Below, in pieces: positions 1 to 11,355 of a DNA stretch of 64,000 bases. The notes under the pieces are model-generated. The model saw nothing but the letters and a program-made list of their open reading frames with translations, was not told the origin of the DNA and made no database searches. The stretch spans positions 1,415,249 to 1,479,248 of the forward strand of contig BDGG01000005.1 of assembly GCA_001949185.1 (NCBI GenBank). The letters run 5' to 3'. The stretch is from Ramazzottius varieornatus (taxonomy: Eukaryota > Animalia > Tardigrada). The number at the start of each line of letters is the position of its first letter. The first letter of the stretch is position 1. A program made the translations under genes and the position numbers.

Positions 1-1629
1 GGAAGTTTCGCTCTCGTGGTAAAAACTAGACGCACAGATTACATGATTTTCCGAAGGAGATTGCCTTATTTCATGGGTGGTAAACCTAGATTTTCAGTAC
101 GAACGTTTACCGATGAAAGTGTTCGAGGGTTAGTGGAATGAGGTAAACGGCGTGGAGATTTCTCCGCAGCATTGTTCTGCATACTTGCCTGATCTTAATA
201 ACCCCGACAGGCTTTTTAAAATTGCGCGACGCCTCCGTCTCGTCCAAGGCTAGTATTTGTCGACCTCTGCTTCGTCCTGTAGAGCTTTGAGGAGGATGTG
301 AACAAATTTTTACTGATTTAGATCAAGAAAAAGTGCTGTAGGCAGAAAGGTTCGAAACCTAGACCTGGAATATCCACGCTGAATTTTTTGACTTGAAATC
401 TCCATGCCGACTGACTGAAGAAGATCCTGTAGACCAGATCACACAAAACTCTGCGGATCTGTAATTGTCGGCATGTGACAGTGAAAAAAACGGCGTCAGG
501 CCTGCGCCAAGCGAAAATCGTGGCAGTGGTATGGACGTATTCCACAGTGTGGGCATGCGAATGCCGTGGTAGGAATGCTCCCAGCACAATGATTTTACAG
601 CGTCATCCTAATTTATGTATACTGCTATCCATTTATTTTCACTGTCCCTTCTTGTATTCGCCGAATTCCAGTCCGAATTGGTCCAAACTTTGCCCAGAAA
701 TTCAGAAATATTGTCTAGATGTTCTAGAGCTGTTAAAAACCAGACCAGACCACTTGGAAAGTGGTTTATATGGTTCATGTGGTTCGAGCCACCTCAAACC
801 GTATGGCATCTCAAACCAAACCACTCAAACCGGTTTCGATCATGCGCCAAACCATATAAACCAGTGGTTTATGCGGTATAATATGGTTTGCGGTAAGGGC
901 AAACTTCGTACAAAATCTGCGGATTCCGTGCCAGACCTCGAGCCGAAATTGGCCATCTGGCATTGCCAATCCTTTTCCACCCAGTGCCACCTTGCGCAGC
1001 CGCATCGTTCTGATGAGCTATGACTAGTGATGCACAGCTTTAACTGGGTGCGCACTGTGTCTTACGCTGCCCGACTTGAGAACTACGCCTTCCGTCAGGC
1101 AGAAATCACAATTCCGACAGTGCTGAACAGAATTGATGGCGGAGAAAGGATTGTACTACCGCCTTGCTTGCCACGGTGCCTTTACAATTCCGGCACGCGC
1201 CAGTTTTGCCTGTTTGCGTGTGTTCGTAGAGAAACCAGCAACCAGTTTTCAAAAGTTCAAAGCCGTCTTATGAAGAACACTTTAGGCTTCCAAGCCACGT
1301 GAGCGATTAATCGCCACGTCAATGGATCGACCGGCCAGCAAAGGGATTGGTTTGGCTGCTCGACACCCTTGTTACTAGCAAGCGAGAAACCCTATCGGGA
1401 GTTTTGCTATAACTTGCCTGCTCCCCGGACGTTTGAATGCAAAAATTTATCTCTCTAAAGTGAACTGGGATATCTCTTTCATTCTTACTCAGCAATACCG
1501 TATCAACTTTTACTGAATTCCGGTCGAGAGCACTCAGATCTGTCGCAGCTGGGATTCATCAGCAATAAAGATTTCCACGTGACAATTTCGAGAAAGCTTT
1601 GATTCCTAGTGAAAGAATTTCTTATTGTC

Positions 1630-2160
1630 CAAGCCTACGCTTTCAGATTCGGAAAACATTGCATACGAAAGGCCAGTTTTCCGGTAGTTGCGAAGAAACC
1701 GATCCAAACCTGTCCGCACAGGGGTACCCATCGGTTTAGGGCAACTAGCAGAACCATCGTTGACCGGTTTCGATAGCTCAGGAAGACAAGAAAAACTTAA
1801 AATTGTTAAACTCGCTAAGGTGGCGCAGTGTACAAGTCTGTTTTTCCGGGAAATTTTCGAAAATGTTGTTTGAAAATCGAGCAAGTCGGAATCAAAAGCC
1901 TTCTGGTAGTTACCGAAGCAGACAACATCCAGTCATTCAGAATATCGAATCAGTTCTTTCACCAGATTGCATTGTTTCAGAAAATGAATGGAGAAATAGG
2001 GGTATGTGAAAATTGTGTGCAACTTCTTCTGTCCCAGCTTTGTCTTCCCAGTCTGACTGTGAGGTATTTGTTTGTGTGTTCAAAAGCAAGGAGAGCCTGC
2101 GCACGTTACTTTAAAATAAAAAGGTTGACGGGTGAAGTCAGAAAACGAATTCGAAAGTGC
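1630..2160. mobile_element. Diverged copy of the 3520-4258 MITE family in opposite orientation
   Basis: The reverse complement of ~3555-4085 aligns by eye with ~1660-2160 (e.g. gaagtcagaaaa..ttcgaaagt; gcaagtcg.aatca.aag; ggcgcagtgt). Confidence 0.6.
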
Positions 2161-2296
2161 CCCCCCCCCCCCCAAAAAAAAACAAACAACAAATTTCCGG
2201 ATAAGTTAAGAAGGAAGGGAATGAAAACCTTAGGGTAGCGATGACCCGTGACAGTGACTATATGTCGATTGATTCAATCACCATCCTTCTTGACAG

Positions 2297-3221
2297 CTCT
2301 GAGGTGCTACAGCTGCGACACAGACCAGGCCCGAAGACAAGGAAGTCCTCAGCCTGTGTGCGCAGGATCGAGGCCTGATATGATGGACCAATTTGCAACT
2401 ACGTGTCAACGAAACATTACGACGATGTGTTTTGTGGCCTTCAGGAACGACTCCTTCCTAGGAAACAGGTTTGGTGAGTCGTAGTACAAAACCTAACGGC
2501 AAGAGATTTAGCTGGGCGAGCTTTTACGTTACATAAATCTATACAATGGCTTTTCGCATGTTTAGTTAGGATATCAAGAGGCTGTAACGACTACGCAGAA
2601 TTCGACCTAAAAGTTTCCGGACAGTGCGGCAGAGTCGATCAATATGACAAGACTGCTTGGTTCTGCGCTTGCCAGACAGATCTCTGCAATACCTACACCA
2701 ATTTGACTTACACTAGCGCTTCTATCAGTGGTGTCCTTGGTCAAACTTGGCAAGCTCCGGTTCCCAGTTCTACCACAAGCACATCACCAAGTACAGTCCC
2801 CAGTACTGCACCCAGTACTGCATTCAGAACATTGCCAAGTACAACTACTTCAAGCACGACTACAAGCACCACTGCGATCACTACTCCGAGCACGACAACA
2901 AGCACCACTACGAGCACTACGCCGAGCACGACTACAAGCACCACTGCGATCACTACTCCCAGCACGACTACAAGCACAACCACAAAAACAAGTCCAAGTA
3001 CAGTTCCCAGTACCGTACCTAGCACACAGCCAAGTACGACACCTAGTACAACTTTGACTACTGCAAGCATGACCCCCAGTACAAGTAGAAGTACTACTAC
3101 GACTACACCGAGGTCAACAACGACAACTACGACAACCACAACAACCACTACTACGATCGCACCCGAGAAGCGCGCCTACGGCCTTATATTCGGAATGTAC
3201 CCACATTTGAAACTTCTTTGA
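2297..3221 (+). CDS. Ly6/uPAR three-finger (quiver/sleepless-like) protein with Thr/Ser mucin stalk; exons 2297-2473 and 2566-3221; signal-peptide exon not located
   Basis: Spliced translation gives (A)LRCYSC...C...C...CFV...SRGC...C...WFCACQTDLCN, the three-finger Cys pattern, then ~130 aa of T/S/P repeats. Splice sites: AG acceptor 2295-2296, GTGAGT donor 2474, AG acceptor 2564-2565, with compatible phase. Confidence 0.75.
2770..3155 (+). repeat. Coding tandem repeats (STTTSTTAITTP-like units) of the mucin stalk
   Basis: Repeated agcacgactacaagcaccactgcgatcactactcc units and ccagtac/caagtac motifs. Confidence 0.85.
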
Positions 3222-3519
3222 GAAAAACGAAGTGCAAATTGATCTTCCGTGAGATTCGGTGTTTTTACGACTGTTACGGAAAAAAATCGTATCTGTTGGT
3301 CTGTCAGTATCATGACATAGCCGCACTTAGTTCCTAAGAGAAACAATGTTCGTGCCAGAAACAGATCGTTAGTTTTATAATGCTTCGGGTACCGGCCAAC
3401 AACATTCATACGCACAACTGGATGTGAAACAAGCCGGTTTTCTGTTTGACGTTCAGTAGTTTCCAAGTCACCGGAACACAGGAAATGCGTCTAGAAAAGA
3501 GTAAACAGCGATGTCGAAA

Positions 3520-4258
3520 ATCAGGTTGTAAGGTATGACTTGTCCGTGTTTGGGGAGTGACTTTCGAAATTTTTTTTCTGACTTCGCCGTTGAACTGTTT
3601 GATTTTAAACAAAATTCTATGCAGTATGTAAGCTCTTCTCAATTTTCTGACGCGCCGACGAATGCTATACGATGAGACTGGGAAGAGAGAAGTGGGACAG
3701 AAATAATCACAAGAACTTTTCGCTTTTCGCTTTCATCTATTTCTTTGTTTTATTTTCTGGACAAAAGCATTCCAACAGAAGGGATAGTATGGTATCCCGA
3801 ATGCCAACACACAGTGTCCTTTAGCCACGGCCAGAAAACTTCTGATTTCGACTTGCAGTTTTAAAAAAAACAATTAGCAAAAACTCTTTCGAAAAATCCG
3901 ATCCGCACACTGCGCCGCTTCATTGGGGTTAACGAGTTATGTATTTTTTCATCTTCCTGATTTATCGCAAGGCGTTAACAGTGGTAACGTGGTATAACTA
4001 GTCACCTTAAACTGTTAGATACCTATATGCGGAGCCAAGACTGCATCGGATTTTTCACGAATTCAGGAGAACCCGTCTTCCGTCTGCGGACTTCATCATT
4101 CTTTCCTCCTTTTCACCTGGCTATCTGCTTAACAAAACTGTTTAGCGAAAGTTTTAACCGGATATTTGAGAGTGCTGGGTCTGAAGCTTTGTTTGCCATG
4201 TTTCACAGATTTCTGAAAGCGCATGGAGAAAACAGACAAGTCATACCTTACATCTGAT
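3520..4258. mobile_element. MITE / non-autonomous DNA transposon with ~26-bp terminal inverted repeats (TIRs)
   Basis: tgtaaggtatgacttgtc (~3527-3544) and its reverse complement gacaagtcataccttaca (4235-4252). Confidence 0.7.
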
Positions 4259-5165
4259 AGTATGAAGAAAAGAGTCGGATGAACTGAAAAGCAGTTGATG
4301 CTTCCGGAAATTTCCAGCGAAAGTCGAAGACCGAAACGACGCAGCTCGTGCAGGCGCCCGCGTGCCTCACGACGACGCTTCAAGCAAATCTAATTAAACT
4401 ATCTATATGATGAAAATGCCGAAAGCGTTGACGTGGGCTATCTGTTTACGCTATGCAGAATACGCAGTGTTGTACGACGAGTGAGTAGTACGGGGCATAC
4501 AGACCACGATGCAACTTTGAACTTCAACGCGTGCTAGAAATGGCTCCACTTTTCCGCCCACGACGCCTTTATTATCCGGAACCTTCGGTAACCCTTTTTT
4601 GTTCTATTAGGCTTTAATTTGGCTTTCAAAACGGACTCGAGCGCGCGTTTTCGTGCACACAAGCGGTCATAATTTTTTGAACACCTAATTTTTACACATG
4701 AACGGTAATGACTGGGGAGAGTTTCTCGTTGTCCTTCCCCCTAACATTTCCCTAAAAACCGCCCTTGTTCCCTCAAAAATTCGGCCTCGAACAGCCATCG
4801 TCTTGAACAGCTACGGTTTTTGACAATCGCTAACTCTAACAACTTCGGTTCTGATGACCCCTCTTAGCAAAAACCATGCAAAAATAAACTGGGTAACTGT
4901 TAATGACGATTAAGCTCGGTGTTGAACTGTGTCGACTTGCCTTCCTTGGCTAACTGTTCCGATTTTCTGGAGATGGCATTTCACGCAGTTCGAAACCGTG
5001 AAAGCGATCCAGAAGCAGTGAAGCGAAGCACCACCTGCTGAATCATCTTTCGCAGAAGACCGTTGCCTCAATCGAATCGATGCATGCAGCGCCAAACACA
5101 CTGTTAGTGAATCATGCAGTAAAATTTACATCTGAGACTGCAAGAATTAATTCGTAACAGTAGTA

Positions 5166-6040
5166 CAGACATTAAGTTGCCACCGCCAGATGAAAGTCCC
5201 ACTGTAGCTAAGATGAGTTGCAACGTCACTCACAAGCGCAGCAGCTGATCAGAACTTTGGATAGTTGGGCAGCCACCATGCTTCCCAATGCTAGTCAACC
5301 CGCAACCATACCTCCGAATACGCTACTTTTCGAAAATAAGGGAAGCTCCGGAAAGCAAAATGTAGTTACACGTCACGAAAGGGGCGGAGCGAGGCCGTAG
5401 CTACAGTTGCAAAGTGAAAGGGAGTGGCAACTTAATCTCTATAGTGGCTCACTTTTCGACTGCAGTTACGGCTGGCAACGCCTCTTTCGTGACGTGTAAC
5501 TACCATTGGTTTTCCGAAGCTCCATGTATTTCGAAAAACAGCGTAATCTTATTTCCGGTTAGCTAGCGTTGCGAAGCATGCAGTGTTGTATTCAGTTCCA
5601 GTCCCACATTTAGTCCCAAGTCTCGTCGGACTGCTAAAAAATTAAGCCCAGAAATATATCAGTTCAGTCCGACTGGACCGAATTGCCCCTCTTTTCAAAC
5701 GAGTCTAAGTTGGACGGAAAAGATCTTTCGTCCCCAGACTGAGACTGATATCGACCGAAAATCGGTTTCAGTCTCTGCCTGGGCGAATCAGTCTCTGTGC
5801 TCTCAATCTCAGTCCGAGCGAGGGACCAGACTGTTGATTCAGTCTAGTTCCGAAACCAGAACTGAAACTGATTTGAAATCTGATATTTCCATAAGCCTCG
5901 GACTGAAACTAAATACAATAGAAGCATGGTGGTTGCCCAGCTGTTTACAGAACTGATCAGCTGCTCCGCTTACGAGTCATGTTGTAGCTCAGTTCAGCCA
6001 CAGTCAGACTTCCATCCGGCGGTGGCAACTTAATCTGTCT
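5166..6040. mobile_element. Two adjacent inverted copies of a small MITE (TIR attaagttgccac) forming a long palindrome
   Basis: attaagttgccac at 5171 and gtggcaacttaat at ~5424-5436 and ~6022-6034. 5166-5284 mirrors 5921-6040, and ~5285-5420 mirrors ~5450-5580. Confidence 0.7.
5581..5920. mobile_element. hAT-type MITE nested in the palindrome
   Basis: 8-bp duplication GAAGCATG at 5573-5580 and 5921-5928; TIR cagtgttgtattcagttccagtcc / ggactgaaactaaatacaata. Confidence 0.7.
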
Positions 6041-7917
6041 ATCGATCCTTTGGCACCTGTTTTCGGTCGCCTTGGCCTGACCTGGTGGCTTCAGCTATTC
6101 GCCCGCCTCTTTTCCAGGTAATCAGTTTCTCACTTTGACCGGTGAGTAGCTAACTTTCGCGGAACTGGACTAAGAAATCGACTGGCAGTACTCGGCCTTG
6201 TTTTCCGTACCATTCTGAGGGTGCCAACAGCTATCACAATCCACTTGTCTTTACAACGATTGACTTAATATCGGGCTTTCGAGCAACGCCACGTGTGCAT
6301 TTTTTTCGAACTCTGCAGAAAATGTTTTGCAAATATGCCAACCAGGAAGTACTTTCGGCTTTCATCGGTGTTGAATATTCTGGACGCCTTATTTTCGATA
6401 TCCTTACCACAAATTACGCTTTAGTGGTAGCCATTTCCAGTTGCCTCGTTCAAGTCGTTTGGTTGGCCGGAACCGAAATATCAAAATTGAACAAGCTTGG
6501 GCAAATAAGCATGGAGACTTGCGTGAAAGACAGATATCGGCTTCTCCAGTGTGGGCTGACCAGAGTGAAAAATTTTTATACAGGAAAAATAACGAAAACG
6601 TCGAACAATGGTCTGACCAAGGATTGGAACAGATGTAGAAAACCACCAACCTACTCATTCAGGCGCCTGCATGCGTGTGAGTAGGTATGTGTTTGTCGCA
6701 TCCTTCGGCAAGATGCGAACTTGTCGCGCACCACCATACAGGTTATAGGAGGATACATTTACATACAACATAGGCTTGGAGACAAATCAGCACTCTGTCA
6801 ATCTCTGTCAGTAGCCAGCCTTGTCGCTGTGTTCGATGGAAGATGGAGTGGACTTGTCAGTTGATAGGCAGAAAATTATCACTATAGAACTCATTGGTGC
6901 TGTACGGGGTGGACAATGGCTCCACGCTTTCAGAATTTTCTCCAGCTTCAGGGAGGTGTTCCTAGCATCTCTTCCTGCTCTTTATAGTAAGGTAGGAGAC
7001 ATGCCTATCAGGTGACAGCATTAAAACGAAGATCGGCGTCCGATCGCCTTGACCGTTCCCTCGTAAGCAAAACCAGAAGAACAAACTCAGGTTTGTAAAC
7101 GTCAATTGAATACTTTTTACGTGTTCACAGGAACGCCTGGTTCCTTTTGGGAAGATTTGTCCGAAAGTTCGAGGGGTGATTACTAGCTACACTAACCCCC
7201 ACATGAGGGTTTTGTTGCAGAATACTGTGCGGGCGCATTTTCAGCTGCATGACGTCGCTGTGACGTGGAAAAATTTTCAGTCAAAATTTTGAACACCTTC
7301 AGATTTTCCTGACGTAACCACCTGAACACGGCCAAATGAGCCCCAGCATCTTGTTCCTTGCTAAAATGGATGCTACACTAGATTGCTGTATTAAATTGCT
7401 TCGGCAGTTTAATTTTGCCTTTGGGGTCCCAAAACGTCGTTTCCTGAACAATTGGACTGGAGAACGTTTAGATGGGGCCGCCGAAACCCATTTTCTACCA
7501 CTTCGAAGTTTATTTTCCGTACAGTTGATCGGTTTTGCCTACCAATTTTGGTCGAAATTTCATAAAAGGTCGTTTCTTCCAGAATTTATCGCAGTTGGTT
7601 TGAGACACAAACTATGCAGTACAAGACAGACTCATTTCTGAGAGAGAAATAATAGGTTTTCCTGTAAATGAAGCGAACATACCTTGGTCACAACTACGCG
7701 CTGCCCTTGTCCTATATTTGTTATTTTCACTCTTATTGCTTCGGTTGTGCTTATATAAAACAAACTGGCTACGCGCGCGGCACACCCCCACCTAAGTTTG
7801 CCTTCATGTTTTCAGAGCCATAAAAATAAGTGAAATAAGCGTGGGTGTGTTTGTTGTCTTCCGAGATAAATCAGGGGTCCGGGATTTCCCCGGTTCTGCC
7901 GTAGCAACAGTCTCTGT

Positions 7918-8794
7918 TAGGCTTGGCGCAGGTAATTTAAGTCGAGACAATCAACTTCCGGCAATACGAGGTAAAGGTTGTAAACTCAGCCACCCCATAC
8001 CGGGTTTGTAAAGTTAGCCACGGCTGTAGCGTCTATCGCTTGATTGACTATTTGATTGTCAGTCTTGGCTTTTTAACATGAGATTTCAACGTTCTTTTAA
8101 TTGCGGTTCTCTTGGATTCTCTGACTCCTCGTGTTGGCTGTGCCTAATACCATTCGACAGCTCATTATCTTATCTATCGATCTATGCTTGAAAGTTTGGG
8201 ATTGAGTAGTAGAGAACAGGCGAACTTAGACGGCTAACTTTACAAACCCGGTATGGGACGGCTATCTGTACAACTTGTCCCTCGTAGTCAATTTTCACCA
8301 TAATTACCCGAAGTTTCGCCAAAGTTTCACCATCTGCCCGAAGTTTCACCATTATTTGCCGAACCTGCGTAAAGGTTTTAAATGATTTTGTGACTTGCTG
8401 AACGTATTTCAAGACGTTCGTACTCGCCACCAATGTGAAGAAACCAATGTGTAGACACCAATGTGAAGGTTGTCCTATTGGAAGCGCATGTTGAAAGTGA
8501 AACAAAATTGTTACGGCTTAAGTTGCAAGAATGACATTTGCTTGAAGAAACGACCAGGTTTTCGGACTGACCTGTGTAGCGCTGTGTGGACTGTAATAGT
8601 GGTTCTACAGTGCCGAAAAAAGCGGTGCTCCACACAGCTTCCAACACAGAATATCGTTGTTCCGGCTTGACAGACGATCTTGAGATTTCAGATGGAGCAT
8701 CGGGTAGCTATAGTGAAACTTCGGGTAATAATGGTGAAAATTGACCATTGCCCGAAATTGATCATCCTAACTTAAATTACCTGCGCCAAGCCTA
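7918..8794. mobile_element. Non-autonomous hAT-type element
   Basis: 25-bp TIR taggcttggcgcaggtaatttaagt / acttaaattacctgcgccaagccta; 8-bp TSD gtctctgt / gtctttgt (1 mismatch); subterminal ccgaagtttcaccat repeats. Confidence 0.85.
7967..8284. mobile_element. Tc1/mariner-type MITE nested in the hAT element
   Basis: TA-cgagg...cctcg-TA ends; long TIR containing ccataccgggtttgtaaagttagcc; near-identical second copy at 39697-39991. Confidence 0.8.
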
Positions 8795-9525
8795 GTCTTT
8801 GTAGAGGAACCATGTGAATACGCTGGATAACCGGAAATCTAACGTGTAACGTCACAGAACATGAATATGCGGAATAAGTGCCATCAAGCGAGCTGAGATC
8901 CTTGTGCAGAATCATAATTTTATGACAGATTCGTTCGTGATGATCTCTTTTTGGAGGGGGGAGCGTTGGGGACTACCTGGATCGGAAGGGGGTACGGGGT
9001 CGCCCCGTTTTCGTTCTATCTGACAGTTTTGGAGTCGGTTGCGTTTAAGTCATAATATTCAAGGGCATCGTGTGGTAGAGTCGCCACGCTTCGCCACCCA
9101 CAGAGGTCTGACAAAACTGGTGCCCTTATGGGAAGATACTCCAGAAAATTTCACGGGTGATCAACAGCTTAACCCTATCGATCACTTTTCGACGGAACTA
9201 CGATCAAGCGCCATTGGTGAGAATTATGCCGAATTTTGTTAACTGTGCGATGGAGGAATGTTATCGACGTCGACAATTTTTCTCGAATATGGCGTTTGAA
9301 TGGGAAATAAGTCCCAAAACTAAAATCATACTTGAGAAACGTAAATCATGAGAGAAAAACGTAAACATAAAGATCGACGTAGACCTTCGCATCCCATCAA
9401 TGATAAAGACCGAAAAAAATTCTAAAATCACATAAGCGTGAGATACATAATACAGTGAAGAAAAAGAGGAAACAAGCCTACCTGAGAATCATGAGCAAAT
9501 ACTGTTCAAAGAAGTGAGCAATTTT

Positions 9526-11272
9526 TTAAACTAATCGAAGGTCCTTGTAGCCTTCTGGCTGCCTATCATCGCATGGACGCTTTGGAATCTTTTGCTCAGC
9601 GAACCCGCCATCAGGGAATGCCATTCTCAAAGCACGACCCAGTCTCATTCCGAACGTTGACAGAGGAGTGTCAGAGCCCAATTGTTGAGCAGCTTTCACT
9701 TGAAGGTCTTTGGCGACGACATAGCCTAGCTCGTCCAACTGAACAATATACGGAAGAGCTTCTGCAATCCGCGAAATCTCCTTCTGTGCAGCCACCACTG
9801 CAACATGTCGTCTGTCCCGTGCCCCGGTAGGACCTTGCGAAAGAGCCAGTGCGGGTTCAGGTTCTTCTGCTGCAAATGGACTGCTAACATCGATGAAGTC
9901 GTCGACAGGAAATTGCACATCCTTGACAATGTCGACCACGATTAGTTCCTACAAGGCAAAGCAGCTCAGGAGTCCAGTTTAGCACGCGATCTACTACATA
10001 ACAGAATCGTATCTAAATCACATGACAGTTTGCTTACGAGGGGAGGTTCGTGTTGTTTGTAGGACTATATACGACCGGAGGAAATCCTGTTTCTGATGAC
10101 TCTTGCAGCGGTCCGATCCTGGCAGTGGTCTTCTTTTGGCCATCGCTAATTCTGCGGCTGTCGATTGTAGAAGTTTCTATCCAGAAGTCTTGCTCCCGTT
10201 GTACCCACAGCTAACCCAGTGGTACAACGGGAGCAAGACTGTTGGTCCAACTAGCTATCATTCCCAGTGTTATTGGCTGATAAAGTGCGCCACTAGGCCA
10301 AGAAAAGATTCACATTTCCAAAGTGCCGCACGCCCTTAGCTCGATAACACAGAATGTGCGCTAGTTGGGATGACAATCTTGGGTTCAGGGCTTTTTTCCC
10401 AAGCTCCTATTGTATTTAGAAGAGGCACTGTTCATTTTAGTGCAGTGGAACTGATCGCTATCTGTTAAGCGATGTTTTTCTGTGCCACTGTGGTCCTTCG
10501 CAATTCCTTCTCGCGCTTCTGGGAGGACATCCGTCAGTACCAGTGTACAGTTTTCCACTATGCGGGCGAACTGCGTTCGCTACGTGCTGGCACAACCGTC
10601 CACCCCACTGGACAAACCTCGTTCCCTTCGACTCATCTCTGGCGTGAGACTCCGGCGGCAGATCGGGACCGAGGTTGCCGAGAGGTTCGGTATCCGGATG
10701 GCGGCCGAGGGTTACGGCTCCACGAAGGGTAACGTCAGCATGGTCAACTTCGATGGTAGACCGGGAGCCATCGGGCTCTACTCCTAATGGGGTAAGTATA
10801 TCAAGCAGCAGTACACGCGCCCGGCCTAATTTTTGGCCGAGACGAAATTTTTCGGCCGAAACTTGCAGCGCTTCGATTGCTTGGTCAGTTCAGCAGGCAG
10901 CTGCCGCTTTCGGCCGGTGGCCAAAACTTTTTTCTCGCCCAATAATTATGCCAGGTTCGTTTACTTAACTAAAGCTGACAGAGAGACCAGCGAAATGAAA
11001 GTACAGTCTCTCGAAAATTCGACCAGCAATCGGGACGGTTGATCACGATTATTCTCTGTACAGGTTGTTAAGGTGAAGCTGGCATGTCCTGTGTCGTATG
11101 CTTCAATTGCGACACTGACATGAAAAAGCTCTCGGATGCCATCAAGCAGGGCTTGGTGACATTTTCTGGTCGGCTCTACCTGCGCTCGTTGGGCGGACAA
11201 CTGGTAATTGCCGGTTATGACCTCAACATGGAGTCCGAAGAAGTTACGCAAGAGTAGGAGTTTGAAAAGCAC
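9526..11272 (-). pseudogene. Unknown ORF, probably a third gene of the CACTA-type element, interrupted by an insertion at ~10191-11004
   Basis: Excising the segment between the two AGTCT copies (10186-10190, 11005-11009) gives a continuous frame ...LLVEFSRD|FWIETSTIDSRR... A further coding-like segment lies at 9526-9948; its splice phase to the upstream part could not be reconciled. Confidence 0.45.
10427..11003 (+). pseudogene. Fragment of a long-chain fatty acid transport protein / very-long-chain acyl-CoA synthetase (SLC27A/FATP family)
   Basis: Translation HFSAVELIAIC*AMFFCATVVLR..SRFWEDIRQYQCTVFHYAGEL/RYVLAQPSTPLDK..LR...ERFGI....GYGSTKGNVSMVNFDGRPGAIG, then VYLTKADRETSE, matches FATP motifs. 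It has an in-frame stop, a frameshift near 10575 and a GTAAGT donor near 10791. Confidence 0.8.
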
Positions 11273-11355
11273 TCACGCATCAGGAACATGATAAAACCAA
11301 GGTACTGAAAACTGTAACTCACATTTTTGACGTCGAAAATTTGGACAAATACTGC

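Noticed and set aside
2741-3148. Val/Leu-rich 135-aa ORF on the minus strand, and other alternative-frame ORFs here
   Set aside because: Antisense or frame shadows of the Thr-rich mucin repeats
4067-4132. Possible GPI-signal exon (ENPSSVCGLHHSFLLFTWLSA*) for the first Ly6 gene
   Set aside because: It lies inside the 3520-4258 MITE, and no matching donor was found
10191-11005. Insertion read as a solo LTR (TG...CA with a 4-bp GTCT duplication) or as a minus-strand intron
   Set aside because: No terminal inverted repeat beyond 2 bp and the content is host-gene DNA. As an intron it has a weak donor and no pyrimidine tract. Not fully excluded.
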